From Patescibacteria group bacterium (GTDB taxonomy: Bacteria > Patescibacteriota > Minisyncoccia > UBA6257 > 1-14-0-10-40-38): a DNA stretch of 64,000 bases. Below the pieces are notes generated by a model that was not told where the DNA came from, did no database searches, and saw only the letters and a list, made by a program, of their open reading frames with translations. The stretch is from the NCBI GenBank assembly GCA_038064975.1, contig JBBTRX010000002.1, positions 64,880-128,879 of the forward strand, written 5' to 3'. This document shows positions 8,419 to 18,014 of this stretch, one piece after another (the stretch's first letter is position 1; each line of letters opens with the position of its first letter). The position numbers were made by a program, and so were the translations under genes.

Positions 8419-11181
8419 TTACCACGCCTCCACCATTAAAAATGATTTCTGTTTTTCCCCAGCGAAGAGTTTTTGATATACCGCCTCCGTAACAAAAGGC
8501 ATAAAGGGATGGAGAAGTTTTATACATCCCAAGAAAATATCTTTTAGCATAGCAAGCGCCGCAGCTTTTTCCTGACTGTTTCCATTCTGGAGAGCAGGCT
8601 TTACTTGTTCAATAACAATGTCCGCAAACGTGTGCCATATATAGTGATAGCTTTCATTGGCCGCCTCGTGTAGTTCAAATGCCTCAATTTTCTCCGTAAC
8701 GAGTTTCTTAATATCGTTAAATCCGTCGTAATACGCTTGATATTCCTTCGGCATCTTTACTGACCGAGAAAGAGTTGGATCGTCATACATAGAAATAAAA
8801 CGTGCGATATTCCAAATCTTGGTCGCAAAGTTTCGATATCCGCGGATTTTGTCTTCAGAAAGTTTTATATCGTTTCCCGGCGCGGCACCCACAATAAGCG
8901 AAAGACGCGTCGCATCAGCTCCGTATTTATCCGCCATCTCTAATGGATCAATGCCATTTCCAAGTGATTTAGACATCTTTCTTCCCTTTTCATCACGCAC
9001 AAGCCCATGGAGATATACCGTCTTAAAGGGAACATCACCAATAAGAAATCCGGTCATAAGAATCATGCGCGCAATCCAGAAAAATAAAATATCGTATCCT
9101 GTTTCCAAAACACTTGTCGGATGAAATCCTTTTAAGTCTGCCGTTTTTTCGGGCCATCCGAGAGTTGAGAGCGTCCACAGCCCGGAAGAGAACCACGTGT
9201 CCAACGTGTCGGAGTCTTGGAGAAAAAGATGGTTACCGCATTTTTTACATTCCTCTAAAATATCGAATTGAATCGTTTCAGTGTTTTTTAGTGCAGATCC
9301 TGACAACGCCTGTTCTGGTGTCCAATTGTTAATCCTCTTCATAAGCATGCGGATTGTTCCGCCATGTGTCATGATGACAACGTTTTTGTGAGCATGCTTC
9401 TTTTTGTGACGCTCAAATGCCTCCACTACCCGATCTTCGAGTTGTTTATAGCTTTCGTCGTTTTCAATATTTATGTCATATCCAAACCTATCCTGATATT
9501 TCGCGATCATTTCTTCTTTTAGCATTCCCTCATATCCCCCATGATTTCTTTCGCGAAAACCTTTTTCATATATAATTTCTGCTCCGGTTACTTCGTGTAT
9601 TATTTCTGCAGTTTCTTTCGCGCGTTTAAGATCCGAACTTATAATGAGATCAATATTTTGATTTTTCAGCGCATGAGCCATTTCCCGCGCCTGTTCTCTT
9701 CCTTTTTCATTTAAGGAAGTATCCAGCCAGCCCTGTTGTCTTCCTTCTTTATTAAAATCAGTTTCTCCATGCCGAGCAAAAAACCATTTCCCCTTTCTTA
9801 GGGGGTTAATTTTTTCGTCTTTACAGCTAGTGCAGTACCACGCCGGAATCCGATGCCCATACCAAAGTTGGCGCGAGATGCACCAGTCGCGAAGATTTTC
9901 TATCCAATGGAAATAGGTCTTATCAAAATGTTCGGGAATGATTTTAATCTGCCCGCTCTTCACTACCTGAAGCATCATTTCTTTAAGCGTCACCATCTCC
10001 CCTTTCTTAATGCCTTGCAGCTTATCCGTTTTCGCTTCGAATTTTTTATTCACGTCCACAAACCACTGACGCATAATTTGCGGCTCAATAATTCCCCCAC
10101 CCCGTGTTGAAACAGTAACGCGATGCGCGTATTCCTCATCAACTTTCACGAGCAATTTTTTTTCTTTTAATTTCTCAACAATAGCAGGACGGGCTTTCGT
10201 GATATGCATTCCCGCAAATTCCCCGGCAATGGGGAGCAGTTTCCCTTTAAGATCAATAATTTGTTCTTTATCCAGGTTATGTCGTTCCGCGATTTCAAAA
10301 TCCATCGCATCGTGCCAGGGCGTAATCGTCATCACGCCAGTTCCGAATTCCGGATCAGCGGCCTCATCTTTAATAATCGTCGCCGTTATTCTTCCGTTGA
10401 TCCATTCAACTTCAAGTGTTTCGCCGTGTTTATATTTCGCATACCGTTCATCGTTCGGATGCATAACAACGTATTTATCTCCGAATTTCGTCTCCGGCCG
10501 GGCAGTACCGATAACAAAGGGGCCGTACTGTATATAATAGAAGACGCTTTTTTCATCCTTCCATTCCACCTCGTCATCAGAAACCGTGGTTTGCAGTTTC
10601 GGATCCCAATTCACGATTCTATCACCGCGATAGATGAGTCCGGCCTCGTGCATTTCTTTAAACGCAGTTTTGACCGCAAGACTTCGCGATTCATCAAGAG
10701 TAAACGCTTCGCGCGACCAATCTAAAGACGCTCCTAATCGTTTCATCTGATGCACGATAGTGTCATGACTTGCGCTCGCAAATTCTTCCACCTGTTTTAA
10801 AAATGTCTCGCGCCCCAGATCATGACGGGTTTTCTTTTCTTTTTTATAGAGCTCCTTCTCCACTTTTTCCTGCGTTGCAATTGCGGCATGGTCCGTACCA
10901 GGAATCCACAAGGTCTTAGCCCCACTCATACGCCGGTAACGGATAATAATGTCTTCTACCGCAATCATAGCTGCGTGTCCCATATGGAGCGTCCCCGTTA
11001 CGTTCGGCGGAGGAAGCACAATAGAGAAAGCTTCTTTATGCTTCCCCGGAAGTTTGTCCGGATTAAAAAAACCGGATTCTTCCCAGTTCCGATAAATAGC
11101 ATCTTCATGCGCTTTCGGGTCGTATGTTTTCTCGAATTCGGAATTCATATATATACTGCTTACTTTGTGTTCCTTCATCAT
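8419..11181 (-). CDS. valS: valine--tRNA ligase carrying an inserted histidine-phosphatase (PGAM-like) domain
   Basis: PPPNVTGTLHMGHA and KMSKSLGN motifs identify ValRS. About 190 aa are inserted between HRIPAWY and DTLDTWFSSGLW. The insert contains a split zinc knuckle (CTSC...CKKC), an RHGETDF motif and a later THGG motif. Confidence 0.9.
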   Translation of the reverse strand: MMKEHKVSSIYMNSEFEKTYDPKAHEDAIYRNWEESGFFNPDKLPGKHKEAFSIVLPPPNVTGTLHMGHAAMIAVEDIIIRYRRMSGAKTLWIPGTDHAAIATQEKVEKELYKKEKKTRHDLGRETFLKQVEEFASASHDTIVHQMKRLGASLDWSREAFTLDESRSLAVKTAFKEMHEAGLIYRGDRIVNWDPKLQTTVSDDEVEWKDEKSVFYYIQYGPFVIGTARPETKFGDKYVVMHPNDERYAKYKHGETLEVEWINGRITATIIKDEAADPEFGTGVMTITPWHDAMDFEIAERHNLDKEQIIDLKGKLLPIAGEFAGMHITKARPAIVEKLKEKKLLVKVDEEYAHRVTVSTRGGGIIEPQIMRQWFVDVNKKFEAKTDKLQGIKKGEMVTLKEMMLQVVKSGQIKIIPEHFDKTYFHWIENLRDWCISRQLWYGHRIPAWYCTSCKDEKINPLRKGKWFFARHGETDFNKEGRQQGWLDTSLNEKGREQAREMAHALKNQNIDLIISSDLKRAKETAEIIHEVTGAEIIYEKGFRERNHGGYEGMLKEEMIAKYQDRFGYDINIENDESYKQLEDRVVEAFERHKKKHAHKNVVIMTHGGTIRMLMKRINNWTPEQALSGSALKNTETIQFDILEECKKCGNHLFLQDSDTLDTWFSSGLWTLSTLGWPEKTADLKGFHPTSVLETGYDILFFWIARMILMTGFLIGDVPFKTVYLHGLVRDEKGRKMSKSLGNGIDPLEMADKYGADATRLSLIVGAAPGNDIKLSEDKIRGYRNFATKIWNIARFISMYDDPTLSRSVKMPKEYQAYYDGFNDIKKLVTEKIEAFELHEAANESYHYIWHTFADIVIEQVKPALQNGNSQEKAAALAMLKDIFLGCIKLLHPFMPFVTEAVYQKLFAGEKQKSFLMVEAW

Positions 11182-11242
11182 AGCTAAAGAACGGGTGTTT
11201 TGACAAAAAAGGCTCCCGATGGAATCGGGAGCGTTCTCGCGG

Positions 11243-12154
11243 TTACGACGGCGTTCCAGCAGTCGTGAGGTGGCGATCGTAGCCTATGGAGCGGTAGATC
11301 TCATCTGCCTTTTCTTGCATGCCAAGCTCTTGAAGCGCATCTGCTTCTTCGCGTTTCCATCCGCCCTGGCGCGCAACACGCAAGCTCTTCTGAAAGTATT
11401 CATTGGCAACGTTCGGGTCATATTCAGGATTTTCTGGAGTGTTGTACAAGCGTCCGAGCCGTACAAGTTGAGCGGGCAAAGCATATTGATAGTATTGCTC
11501 TGCGCGATCACATGCTTCTCTAAGAAGCTCCCTTGCTACACGCCAACTTTTTTCATCGAGAGCAATCCGCGCAAGATCACCCAGAATAGTTACCTCACGC
11601 TCTTTGAATTGCGCATCTTGCGCAATCTCCATCGCACGACGATATGCGCGCTTCGCCTCAGATAAATTACCTTCAGTGTGAAAGTAATTTCCCAAACTTG
11701 CATAGCAATTCGCAGCAACAATAAGAACTTCGCGAGAATTATCTTCTCTAAGTATTCTCGTTATGACGATAACAGACTCATCAATGAGAATACGTGCTCT
11801 TTCCAAACTTCCTTTCTCCGTATGAAGAAGTAAGTAGCCCCATTTGCGCAGAACATCAGCGAGAACGAGATGCTCTCCTAGTGCTCGCGCCCTTTTCTCT
11901 GCAAGACGAAACATTGTAAACGAGTCAGCTGTCCGACCCATATCTACATAAATATGGGCGAGTAGCAGACACAATTTTGGCGTACATAGCCTGGTCGGAA
12001 CGAAATCAATGTAGAATCCCAAAACTTTGGCGACGATATATCGCACGCCCTTGTTATTACGAAGGTGTTGAATTCTTTCGAACACGTCATCCTCCTTGGT
12101 TGGAAAAGTACTGAAACCGTCGAAAATAATACAACGTTTTTTAAATAAATACAA
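11243..12154 (-). CDS. TPR-repeat protein
   Basis: Repeated TPR-like helical hairpins (ALGNYF..EGNLSEA..Y). Confidence 0.6.
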   Translation of the reverse strand: MYLFKKRCIIFDGFSTFPTKEDDVFERIQHLRNNKGVRYIVAKVLGFYIDFVPTRLCTPKLCLLLAHIYVDMGRTADSFTMFRLAEKRARALGEHLVLADVLRKWGYLLLHTEKGSLERARILIDESVIVITRILREDNSREVLIVAANCYASLGNYFHTEGNLSEAKRAYRRAMEIAQDAQFKEREVTILGDLARIALDEKSWRVARELLREACDRAEQYYQYALPAQLVRLGRLYNTPENPEYDPNVANEYFQKSLRVARQGGWKREEADALQELGMQEKADEIYRSIGYDRHLTTAGTPS

Positions 12155-12166
12155 CCACTAAGAAGA

Positions 12167-13333
12167 TTAGAGACTCAAGCTCGCGTCAGCTTCCAAAGGA
12201 TACGTATTCTTCCGCAAGACCCCCATATATGCAGCAGCCGCAATCATTGCCGCATTATCAGTATTAAATTCAAACTCAGGAGCGAAAAAAGTTTTCTTTT
12301 CACGCAACGCTTCTTCAACTAACCGTTCCCGAAGGGGCTTATTTGCAGCAACGCCTCCGCAGAGAATAATAGATTTTGCATCATATTCTTTTGCAGCTCG
12401 CATAGTTTTACCCACGAGCACATCAATCACCGCCTTTTGAAATGAAGCGGCGACATCAGCAGCTAGGGTATGGGGTATAGATTTTTTATCATCGCCTTCT
12501 CCCAATTCTCCTGTATGCGTAAACCCTCGATCTCGCAGATAGTAGAGGACCGATGTTTTAAGACCGGAAAAACTGAATTCATAATTTTTATCTTGGAGCA
12601 TGGGACGCGGAAATTGAATCGCTGTAGCATTTCCTTTCTCAGCAAGTTTTTGAATCTCCGGCCCGCCAGGGTATGGAAGTTTTAGCATCCGAGCTACTTT
12701 ATCAAACACTTCTCCGGCAGCGTCATCCCGTGTCTCGCCAAGTTTTTCCCAACTCGTAAATGAATCCATCTTAAGAAGAATGGTATGCCCACCGCTTACT
12801 ACGAGTACGACTGCGGGAAACACATTGTTGAGATTTGAGATTTGAGATTTTACAGCTTCTTTTTGAGATTGCAAAAGGAAGCTGTAAAGGTGCCCTTCCA
12901 TATGATTTGCACCAACTACAGGAATGTTTTGTTCAACGCTAAGTTTTTTAGCAAATTCAATCCCCGTCCAAAGCGCGGGCTCAAGCCCTGGACCGACCGT
13001 CACGGCTATTAAATCGAAAGGTGATGGGTTGATGGGTTGATGGGTTGATGGGTTTGATTTTTTAACTGTAGACGGATGTCGTAACTCATTAACTGTAGCT
13101 TTTGCGTGACTGTTTAACTTTTGAAGAATCTCCTCGTAAATAATAGGGAGATTCTTCAGATGCTCTCGTTTCGCAAGATTTGGAACTACACCACCGAATG
13201 GACGGTGGATCTCAATCTGCGAAGAAACAATATTTTGCAGAATAGTAAATTGCGGATTTTCTAAGCTTCCACTCGCTTCAACGTACGCAAAAGCAGTCTC
13301 ATCGCAACTAGTTTCAATAGCAAGAATACGCAT
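12167..13333 (-). CDS. tsaD: tRNA N6-adenosine threonylcarbamoyltransferase TsaD (Kae1/Gcp)
   Basis: MRILAIETSCDETA N-terminus and the ASKH fold pattern. The gene contains an internal low-complexity insertion. Confidence 0.85.
   Translation of the reverse strand: MRILAIETSCDETAFAYVEASGSLENPQFTILQNIVSSQIEIHRPFGGVVPNLAKREHLKNLPIIYEEILQKLNSHAKATVNELRHPSTVKKSNPSTHQPINPSPFDLIAVTVGPGLEPALWTGIEFAKKLSVEQNIPVVGANHMEGHLYSFLLQSQKEAVKSQISNLNNVFPAVVLVVSGGHTILLKMDSFTSWEKLGETRDDAAGEVFDKVARMLKLPYPGGPEIQKLAEKGNATAIQFPRPMLQDKNYEFSFSGLKTSVLYYLRDRGFTHTGELGEGDDKKSIPHTLAADVAASFQKAVIDVLVGKTMRAAKEYDAKSIILCGGVAANKPLRERLVEEALREKKTFFAPEFEFNTDNAAMIAAAAYMGVLRKNTYPLEADASLSL
13019..13052. repeat. tandem octamer repeat (GATGGGTT)x4 inside the tsaD coding sequence
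   Basis: Four direct perfect 8-nt repeats. The period is not a multiple of 3. They encode a Pro/Ser/Thr/Asn-rich insertion in TsaD. Confidence 0.8.
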
Positions 13334-13342
13334 ACCGTTGAT

Positions 13343-13951
13343 TTACCGCATCTTACTGGAAGCCATCACCTGATCTTTACCGCTCTTCTTTGCGTGATAC
13401 ATCGCTTGGTCCGCTCGCTTAACGAGATCAGTAATAGATTCCTTACCATTAAACGATGCGACGCCGACACTCACTGTCACTTTCCAATTTTTATCCTTAG
13501 GAATAACCACGCGACTTTTAATCGCTTTACGAATCTCTTCTGCTTTCTGGATGCTATCTCGTTCTCCCGCTCCTACGAGTGCCGCCACCATCTCTTCACC
13601 ACCGAACCGTGCAACAAAATCAGCATTGCGGATTTTATCGCGAATAATACCTGATACGAATTTTAAAATCTTGTCGCCAATTTCATGGCCAAACGTATCA
13701 TTAATTTTTTTAAAGTTATCAATGTCAAAAAACAAAACCGTAAGCGAATCAATAAAATAATGTTCGCGCTTCGTATTTTCCTTATTCAGAATCCACCTAA
13801 TATCTACAGCGAGCTTTTCCGCGAGCTCCATAAATCCTCGGCGGTTGAGCAATCCTGTGAGCGGATCTTTCGTAACAGCGTTTTCCAATACGCGAATGCG
13901 TACATCACGGTCCCGAATTTCTTTTTTCAGTTTTTTAAGTTCTTCAGTCAT
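13343..13951 (-). CDS. GGDEF-domain diguanylate cyclase (GGEEM variant) with N-terminal coiled coil
   Basis: FFDIDNFKKINDTFGH...RFGGEEM are the core motifs of a GGDEF domain. Confidence 0.75.
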   Translation of the reverse strand: MTEELKKLKKEIRDRDVRIRVLENAVTKDPLTGLLNRRGFMELAEKLAVDIRWILNKENTKREHYFIDSLTVLFFDIDNFKKINDTFGHEIGDKILKFVSGIIRDKIRNADFVARFGGEEMVAALVGAGERDSIQKAEEIRKAIKSRVVIPKDKNWKVTVSVGVASFNGKESITDLVKRADQAMYHAKKSGKDQVMASSKMR

Positions 13952-13976
13952 GATAAATTGTTTTGTTTTAAGAGTG

Positions 13977-14100
13977 TGCTCCCAAGGGGAGTCTCACGTC
14001 GCTTCACTCTTTAAAAACCGTCGGTTTTTAATATTTTCCTCCACGGGAGGAACCCGGCAGCTTTCCTCCCGACCCCTCCTTCGTTCGATTCTCTCTTGGG
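13977..14100 (-). repeat. tRNA-3'-end-associated structured repeat, copy B (subtype 1), downstream of tRNA-Glu
   Basis: It starts with a 14-nt copy of the tRNA-Glu 3' end (tgctcccaagggga). The subtype-1 core contains TTAAAAACCGTCGGTTTTTAA, CCTCCACGGGAGGA and CCTCCCGACCCCTCC. It ends in an inverted T-loop copy. Confidence 0.8.
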
Positions 14101-14170
14101 ATGATTTGCGTTCATATTATTATTCTAAACTGAAAACTCTTCAACTCATCAACGGTTCAACTGTGTTCGG

Positions 14171-14242
14171 TGCTCCCAAGGGGAATCGAACCCCTCTTTC
14201 AAGGATGAAAACCTTGTGTCCTGACCACTAGACGATGGGAGC
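14171..14242 (-). tRNA. tRNA-Glu (anticodon TTC)
   Basis: Sequence resembles E. coli tRNA-Glu (TCGTCTAG..GG.CAGGACAC). Anticodon loop TTTTCAT. Confidence 0.85.
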
Positions 14243-14291
14243 GGTGTGGATAATCCGTGAAGTTCCCATACTATAATATGGTACACTCCAA

Positions 14292-14585
14292 TTGACAAGA
14301 AATATGAGCCAAAAACGCATTTGGGGCATTCTAAGCCTCGTTATCCTTATTGCCGCTATTGCCCTAGCGGTGTATTGGAAGCAAAACCAGCTTATCCGGG
14401 AGAAACGATCAGAGATTAATGAAGAGCAGAAATTGATTGAAAGTTTGAGCAAATCATTAGATGAAAGCTCAATTTCCGGAATTGATATTCCGACCACAAA
14501 TCCGTTAGGAGAAGTTACGTCTGAAACAAATCCATTGGAAAATACCAATCCTTTTGATGAGCAGTATGAAAACCCGTTTCAGTAA
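14292..14585 (+). CDS. small membrane-anchored protein
   Basis: 97 aa with a single N-terminal TM helix. Confidence 0.35.
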   Translation: MTRNMSQKRIWGILSLVILIAAIALAVYWKQNQLIREKRSEINEEQKLIESLSKSLDESSISGIDIPTTNPLGEVTSETNPLENTNPFDEQYENPFQ

Positions 14586-16050
14586 GCTAGTTCTTATTTT
14601 CGGTATTTTGATTTTAAACATAGGTTTCGCATCTGCGGCATCCGCGCAACAAACGCCATCCGTTTCATTCCCCATCGCTGAACTCGGTGATTGTTCTGAT
14701 ACTTCAGAATGCAAAATATATTGCAACGCGGCTGGACATCAATTAGCATGCACCGCTTTTGCCGAACGAAATCATCTAAAGGTAGTATCTCCCGAGCATG
14801 AAGCAAAACTTTATGCCGTCGCCGCTGACGGCGGCCCCAATGGAACGTGCGGGTTTGAAGAAAATCCGATCAAAGCATGTGGGTCATTTTGTGCTTCGGC
14901 AGATAATCTGCCCACATGTGTGGACTATGGCGAAAAGCACGGACTCCTCACAGGGGAACGTTTGAACGAAGCACGCAAAGTACGAGACGCAGTGCGAAGC
15001 GGTATTCCCCTTCCAAAGGGATGCACCGATGCCACGTCTTGCGAAAAATTGTGCAAGCGCCCAGAAAATCTTGAAGTGATGCGCTCATGTTTCTCATTCG
15101 CAGAATCAGCGGGCATATTACCTACAAACATCACGCGAGAAAAGGCGGAAAAAATGTTTGATTTAATCCAGAAAGGATTCGCATTTTTTAAATCCGTAAA
15201 AGATTTTGATCGCTGCGAAGATCCTAAAGACGCAGACACACTTGAACGCTGTATCGCATTTGGAATAGAAAGCGGCGTTATCACTGAAACCCAAGCAGAA
15301 GCAATTAAAAAATCTGGAGGTAAAAGGCCTGGCGCGTGTGCCAATAAACAAGAATGCGAACGCTACTGCAACAGTGCGGAGCATGAGGACGAATGCTATC
15401 GCTTCGCGATAGAACACAACTTACTCTCCCACGAAGACATGCAAAAACTTAATGAAGGAACAACGAGAATTCGCGAAGGATTACAACAAGCTTCTCCCGA
15501 AGCGTCCGCGTGTCTTCGCGCCGCAATCGGCTCTGAAAAATTTGATAATATTGTGGCGGGAATAGAAATTCCTCCACGCGAACTCGTGGAAAAGATGAAG
15601 CTTTGTCTCACAACAGGAACTATAGAAGAATATAAACGGCCGCCGCTTCCTGCGGCAATAGAGAAATGTTTAGAAGAGCGCGGGACGTTGGAACAATTCA
15701 AAACACATATGGGACCGTTTACCGAAACCATGCGCCGCATGATGGAATCATGCTCTACCGTACGGACGCAAACCAACGACACTCCATTCAATGACCAAGG
15801 AATCCGACAACAAACCATACCGCAAGAAAAAGAACTTATAATACCTAAAGAATTCAACGAAGATTCGACGCTCTATGATATTTATGAAGCTGATACTAAC
15901 GAAGAATTATTACAACTTAAATTTAAATGCAGCTCAGTAGGAGGACTTTGGAAAAATGACACCTGTCTCGTGAAAAAAAATCCTCAATCATTACTTCTCC
16001 CCCCTTCCCTACAAGAATTTTTGGGGAATCTGTTCTCCATTCTGAAATAA
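14554..16050 (+). CDS. secreted cysteine-rich repeat protein
   Basis: Signal peptide (FASAASAQQ), then at least four repeats of about 45 aa with spacing C-x5-6-C-x3-C...C-x2-FA (for example CSDTSECKIYCNAAGHQLACTAFAE). Confidence 0.6.
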   Translation: MMSSMKTRFSKLVLIFGILILNIGFASAASAQQTPSVSFPIAELGDCSDTSECKIYCNAAGHQLACTAFAERNHLKVVSPEHEAKLYAVAADGGPNGTCGFEENPIKACGSFCASADNLPTCVDYGEKHGLLTGERLNEARKVRDAVRSGIPLPKGCTDATSCEKLCKRPENLEVMRSCFSFAESAGILPTNITREKAEKMFDLIQKGFAFFKSVKDFDRCEDPKDADTLERCIAFGIESGVITETQAEAIKKSGGKRPGACANKQECERYCNSAEHEDECYRFAIEHNLLSHEDMQKLNEGTTRIREGLQQASPEASACLRAAIGSEKFDNIVAGIEIPPRELVEKMKLCLTTGTIEEYKRPPLPAAIEKCLEERGTLEQFKTHMGPFTETMRRMMESCSTVRTQTNDTPFNDQGIRQQTIPQEKELIIPKEFNEDSTLYDIYEADTNEELLQLKFKCSSVGGLWKNDTCLVKKNPQSLLLPPSLQEFLGNLFSILK

Positions 16051-16112
16051 AGAACTCCCTCAACATTCAAGCTTTTTCTGTATTCTAGGTTCTATTTTCT
16101 AGCTTCTAGATT

Positions 16113-16367
16113 CTAGTTCGTTGCCCACTCCTTCAGGTCGTCATATGAGGTTGATCCGCAAATAAACTTTTTTGTTTCCGTATTGAAAAAGAAGGGTACC
16201 CCTCCACAAAGGCCGATATCATACTCCTCCATTTTCTTCGCGTTCTCCGGATTGTGCCACGTCTCATATTGCCCAACTTCTATGTGAAGCTCGGACTTTA
16301 ACCGATCAACAAGCGGCGCCATAGTCACACAGTGCGGGCATTCACGCCCATAAAATTCTAAAAGCAT
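16113..16367 (-). CDS. thioredoxin/glutaredoxin-like small redox protein (CPHC)
   Basis: 84 aa with a CPHC active-site motif in a thioredoxin-fold context. Confidence 0.65.
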   Translation of the reverse strand: MLLEFYGRECPHCVTMAPLVDRLKSELHIEVGQYETWHNPENAKKMEEYDIGLCGGVPFFFNTETKKFICGSTSYDDLKEWATN

Positions 16368-16410
16368 AGGACTATCATAACTAAAATAGGCGAAAAAACA
16401 TAAGAAAATG

Positions 16411-16482
16411 TGCCCTCGGAGGGAATCGAACCCCCACCTTCTGGTTCGAAGCCAGATATGATATCCATTTCACCACAAGGGC
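16411..16482 (-). tRNA. tRNA-Arg (anticodon TCG)
   Basis: Cloverleaf with acceptor GCCCTTG/CGAGGGC, anticodon stem TCTGG/CCAGA, anticodon loop CTTCGAA and T-loop TTCGATT. Confidence 0.75.
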
Positions 16483-16510
16483 AGCTAACCATTTTTTCGA
16501 AAAAACCACT

Positions 16511-16540
16511 TTTTCACTATACCCCTCATTCTAGCTTCCT
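16511..16540 (-). promoter_or_regulatory. sigma70-like promoter for the tRNA-Arg(TCG) transcript
   Basis: On the minus strand: TTGCAG, a 17-nt spacer, then TATAGT, about 30 nt upstream of the tRNA 5' end. Confidence 0.4.
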
Positions 16541-16586
16541 GCAATGCCAAAAAGCCCTTATTTTAAGCCATTTTTAGCCCTTTTCC

Positions 16587-16615
16587 TTGACAAACGGGTT
16601 CCAATCTGCTAGACT
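16587..16615 (+). promoter_or_regulatory. sigma70-like promoter (TTGACA-17-TAGACT)
   Basis: Consensus -35 with a near-consensus -10, located upstream of the 16735 gene. Confidence 0.5.
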
Positions 16616-16734
16616 GTCTGTACAACTTAATAGTGAAGAAGTCGAAAGTACTATGATCCCGAAGCGGGGTTTTTTATTGGCTAGGGGTAAATGCACCGCA
16701 CACAAGCAGTGCCATACACCATCTAGTTATATCT

Positions 16735-17190
16735 ATGAAATTATCCGCACTCTTTGCACTGATTTCTGCCTTTCAGATAGCCGTTGCCGCAGCTCCTGCA
16801 GTGGGTCCTGTCGCGCAAACATCAGAATCGCTCTTCAACATAACGTCATTCATCGCGCAGTCTCCGTTTGAAGATAATCGACAAACGATGACCGCAACGA
16901 TTACCGCATATTCGTCTACTCCAGACCAAACCGACGATACGCCGTGCATCACGGCGAGCGGATACGATGTATGTGAAAATCCTTATAATAGAAATGTAGT
17001 AGCTGCAAACTTCGTTCCTATCGGAACTAAGATGCAGATTCCGGCATTGTTCGGAGATAAAGTCTTCACGGTAGAAGACAGAATGCATGAACGATTCAAT
17101 GACCGCATTGACGTATGGTTTCCGGATCGGTCTTCCGCAAAGAAATTCGGAAAACAAAGTGAAGTTACCGTCATAGTATTTGAAGGATAA
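16735..17190 (+). CDS. secreted 3D-domain (MltA/RlpA-like barrel) protein
   Basis: Signal peptide followed by TAYSSTPDQTDDTPC...DRIDVWFPD, which matches the 3D-domain signature. Confidence 0.6.
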   Translation: MKLSALFALISAFQIAVAAAPAVGPVAQTSESLFNITSFIAQSPFEDNRQTMTATITAYSSTPDQTDDTPCITASGYDVCENPYNRNVVAANFVPIGTKMQIPALFGDKVFTVEDRMHERFNDRIDVWFPDRSSAKKFGKQSEVTVIVFEG

Positions 17191-17250
17191 ATCATTATCA
17201 AAAACACCTCGCACATGCGAGGTGTTTTTGTGCTGCAACGCAAAAACCAT

Positions 17251-17778
17251 TTACGCGTTGTTATGCAGCGCCTTTAGCTTCTCGAGCCCCCGGTGCGTTT
17301 GCACGGCAAGAGCGTTTCGCGATTGCCCGACAATAAGAGCCATTTCTTTGAGTGATAAGTCTTGTATATACCGCATGCGCATTACTTTCTGATATTTTTC
17401 GGGAAGGCGCTGGATTAAAATAAGTGTTTCTTTTCTGTCTAAGCTACTAAGCAGGCGTTCGGGATTTGGGTTGCTCGGCTCAAATCCTTTTTCCAAGAGA
17501 ACATCCAGCGAGAGTGTTTTGCGCTTCCGATATTCATCCACAATGAGATTATTCAAAATGTGATAGAGAAAGGCTTTCATAGTATTAATCTTCCCTCCTC
17601 GCACCAAATAAGCCCATGTTTTAACAAACGTCGTCTGCACTAAATCCTCCCCCATCGCGTGGTCATGGAGTTTGAAAAATGCATGTGCGTTAAGACCCTT
17701 CTCGTAGTCGTGGTGAGCTACGGTAAGTAGTGCTTGTTGTTTTGTCTTATTTTTACGATCCATATCTTTTAAAACCAA
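17251..17778 (-). CDS. ECF-type RNA polymerase sigma factor
   Basis: Sigma-70 region 2, plus a region 4 helix-turn-helix (LSLKEMALIVGQSRNALAVQTHRG). Confidence 0.75.
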   Translation of the reverse strand: MVLKDMDRKNKTKQQALLTVAHHDYEKGLNAHAFFKLHDHAMGEDLVQTTFVKTWAYLVRGGKINTMKAFLYHILNNLIVDEYRKRKTLSLDVLLEKGFEPSNPNPERLLSSLDRKETLILIQRLPEKYQKVMRMRYIQDLSLKEMALIVGQSRNALAVQTHRGLEKLKALHNNA

Positions 17779-18014
17779 ATTGAAAGCGCCTTCATTACAT
17801 GAGCATTACAGCCACACCGTGACCCCCATAATAACTACAAATAACGGAGACGTGTCCGTTTCCATTCACCTGGGGAGGAGGGGCTTTCTTCACTACATCG
17901 CCATTACGTATAAGAGATACTGAACCCAAGGAGGAGTTGCTCGCGCCCTACTATAACACGCCGAGCGCTATAAACGAGTTGTAATAACTTACGCTCTTGT
18001 AAAGGCTTATAACT

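Noticed and set aside
10204-10725. 173-aa and other ORFs inside valS, ileS, gpmI, clpB-like and infB on the opposite strand (for example 35408..35899, 40631..40972, 57651..57914, 22247..22699)
   Set aside because: They are antisense or overlapping frames within genes that have strong motif support. They are typical long-gene shadow ORFs.
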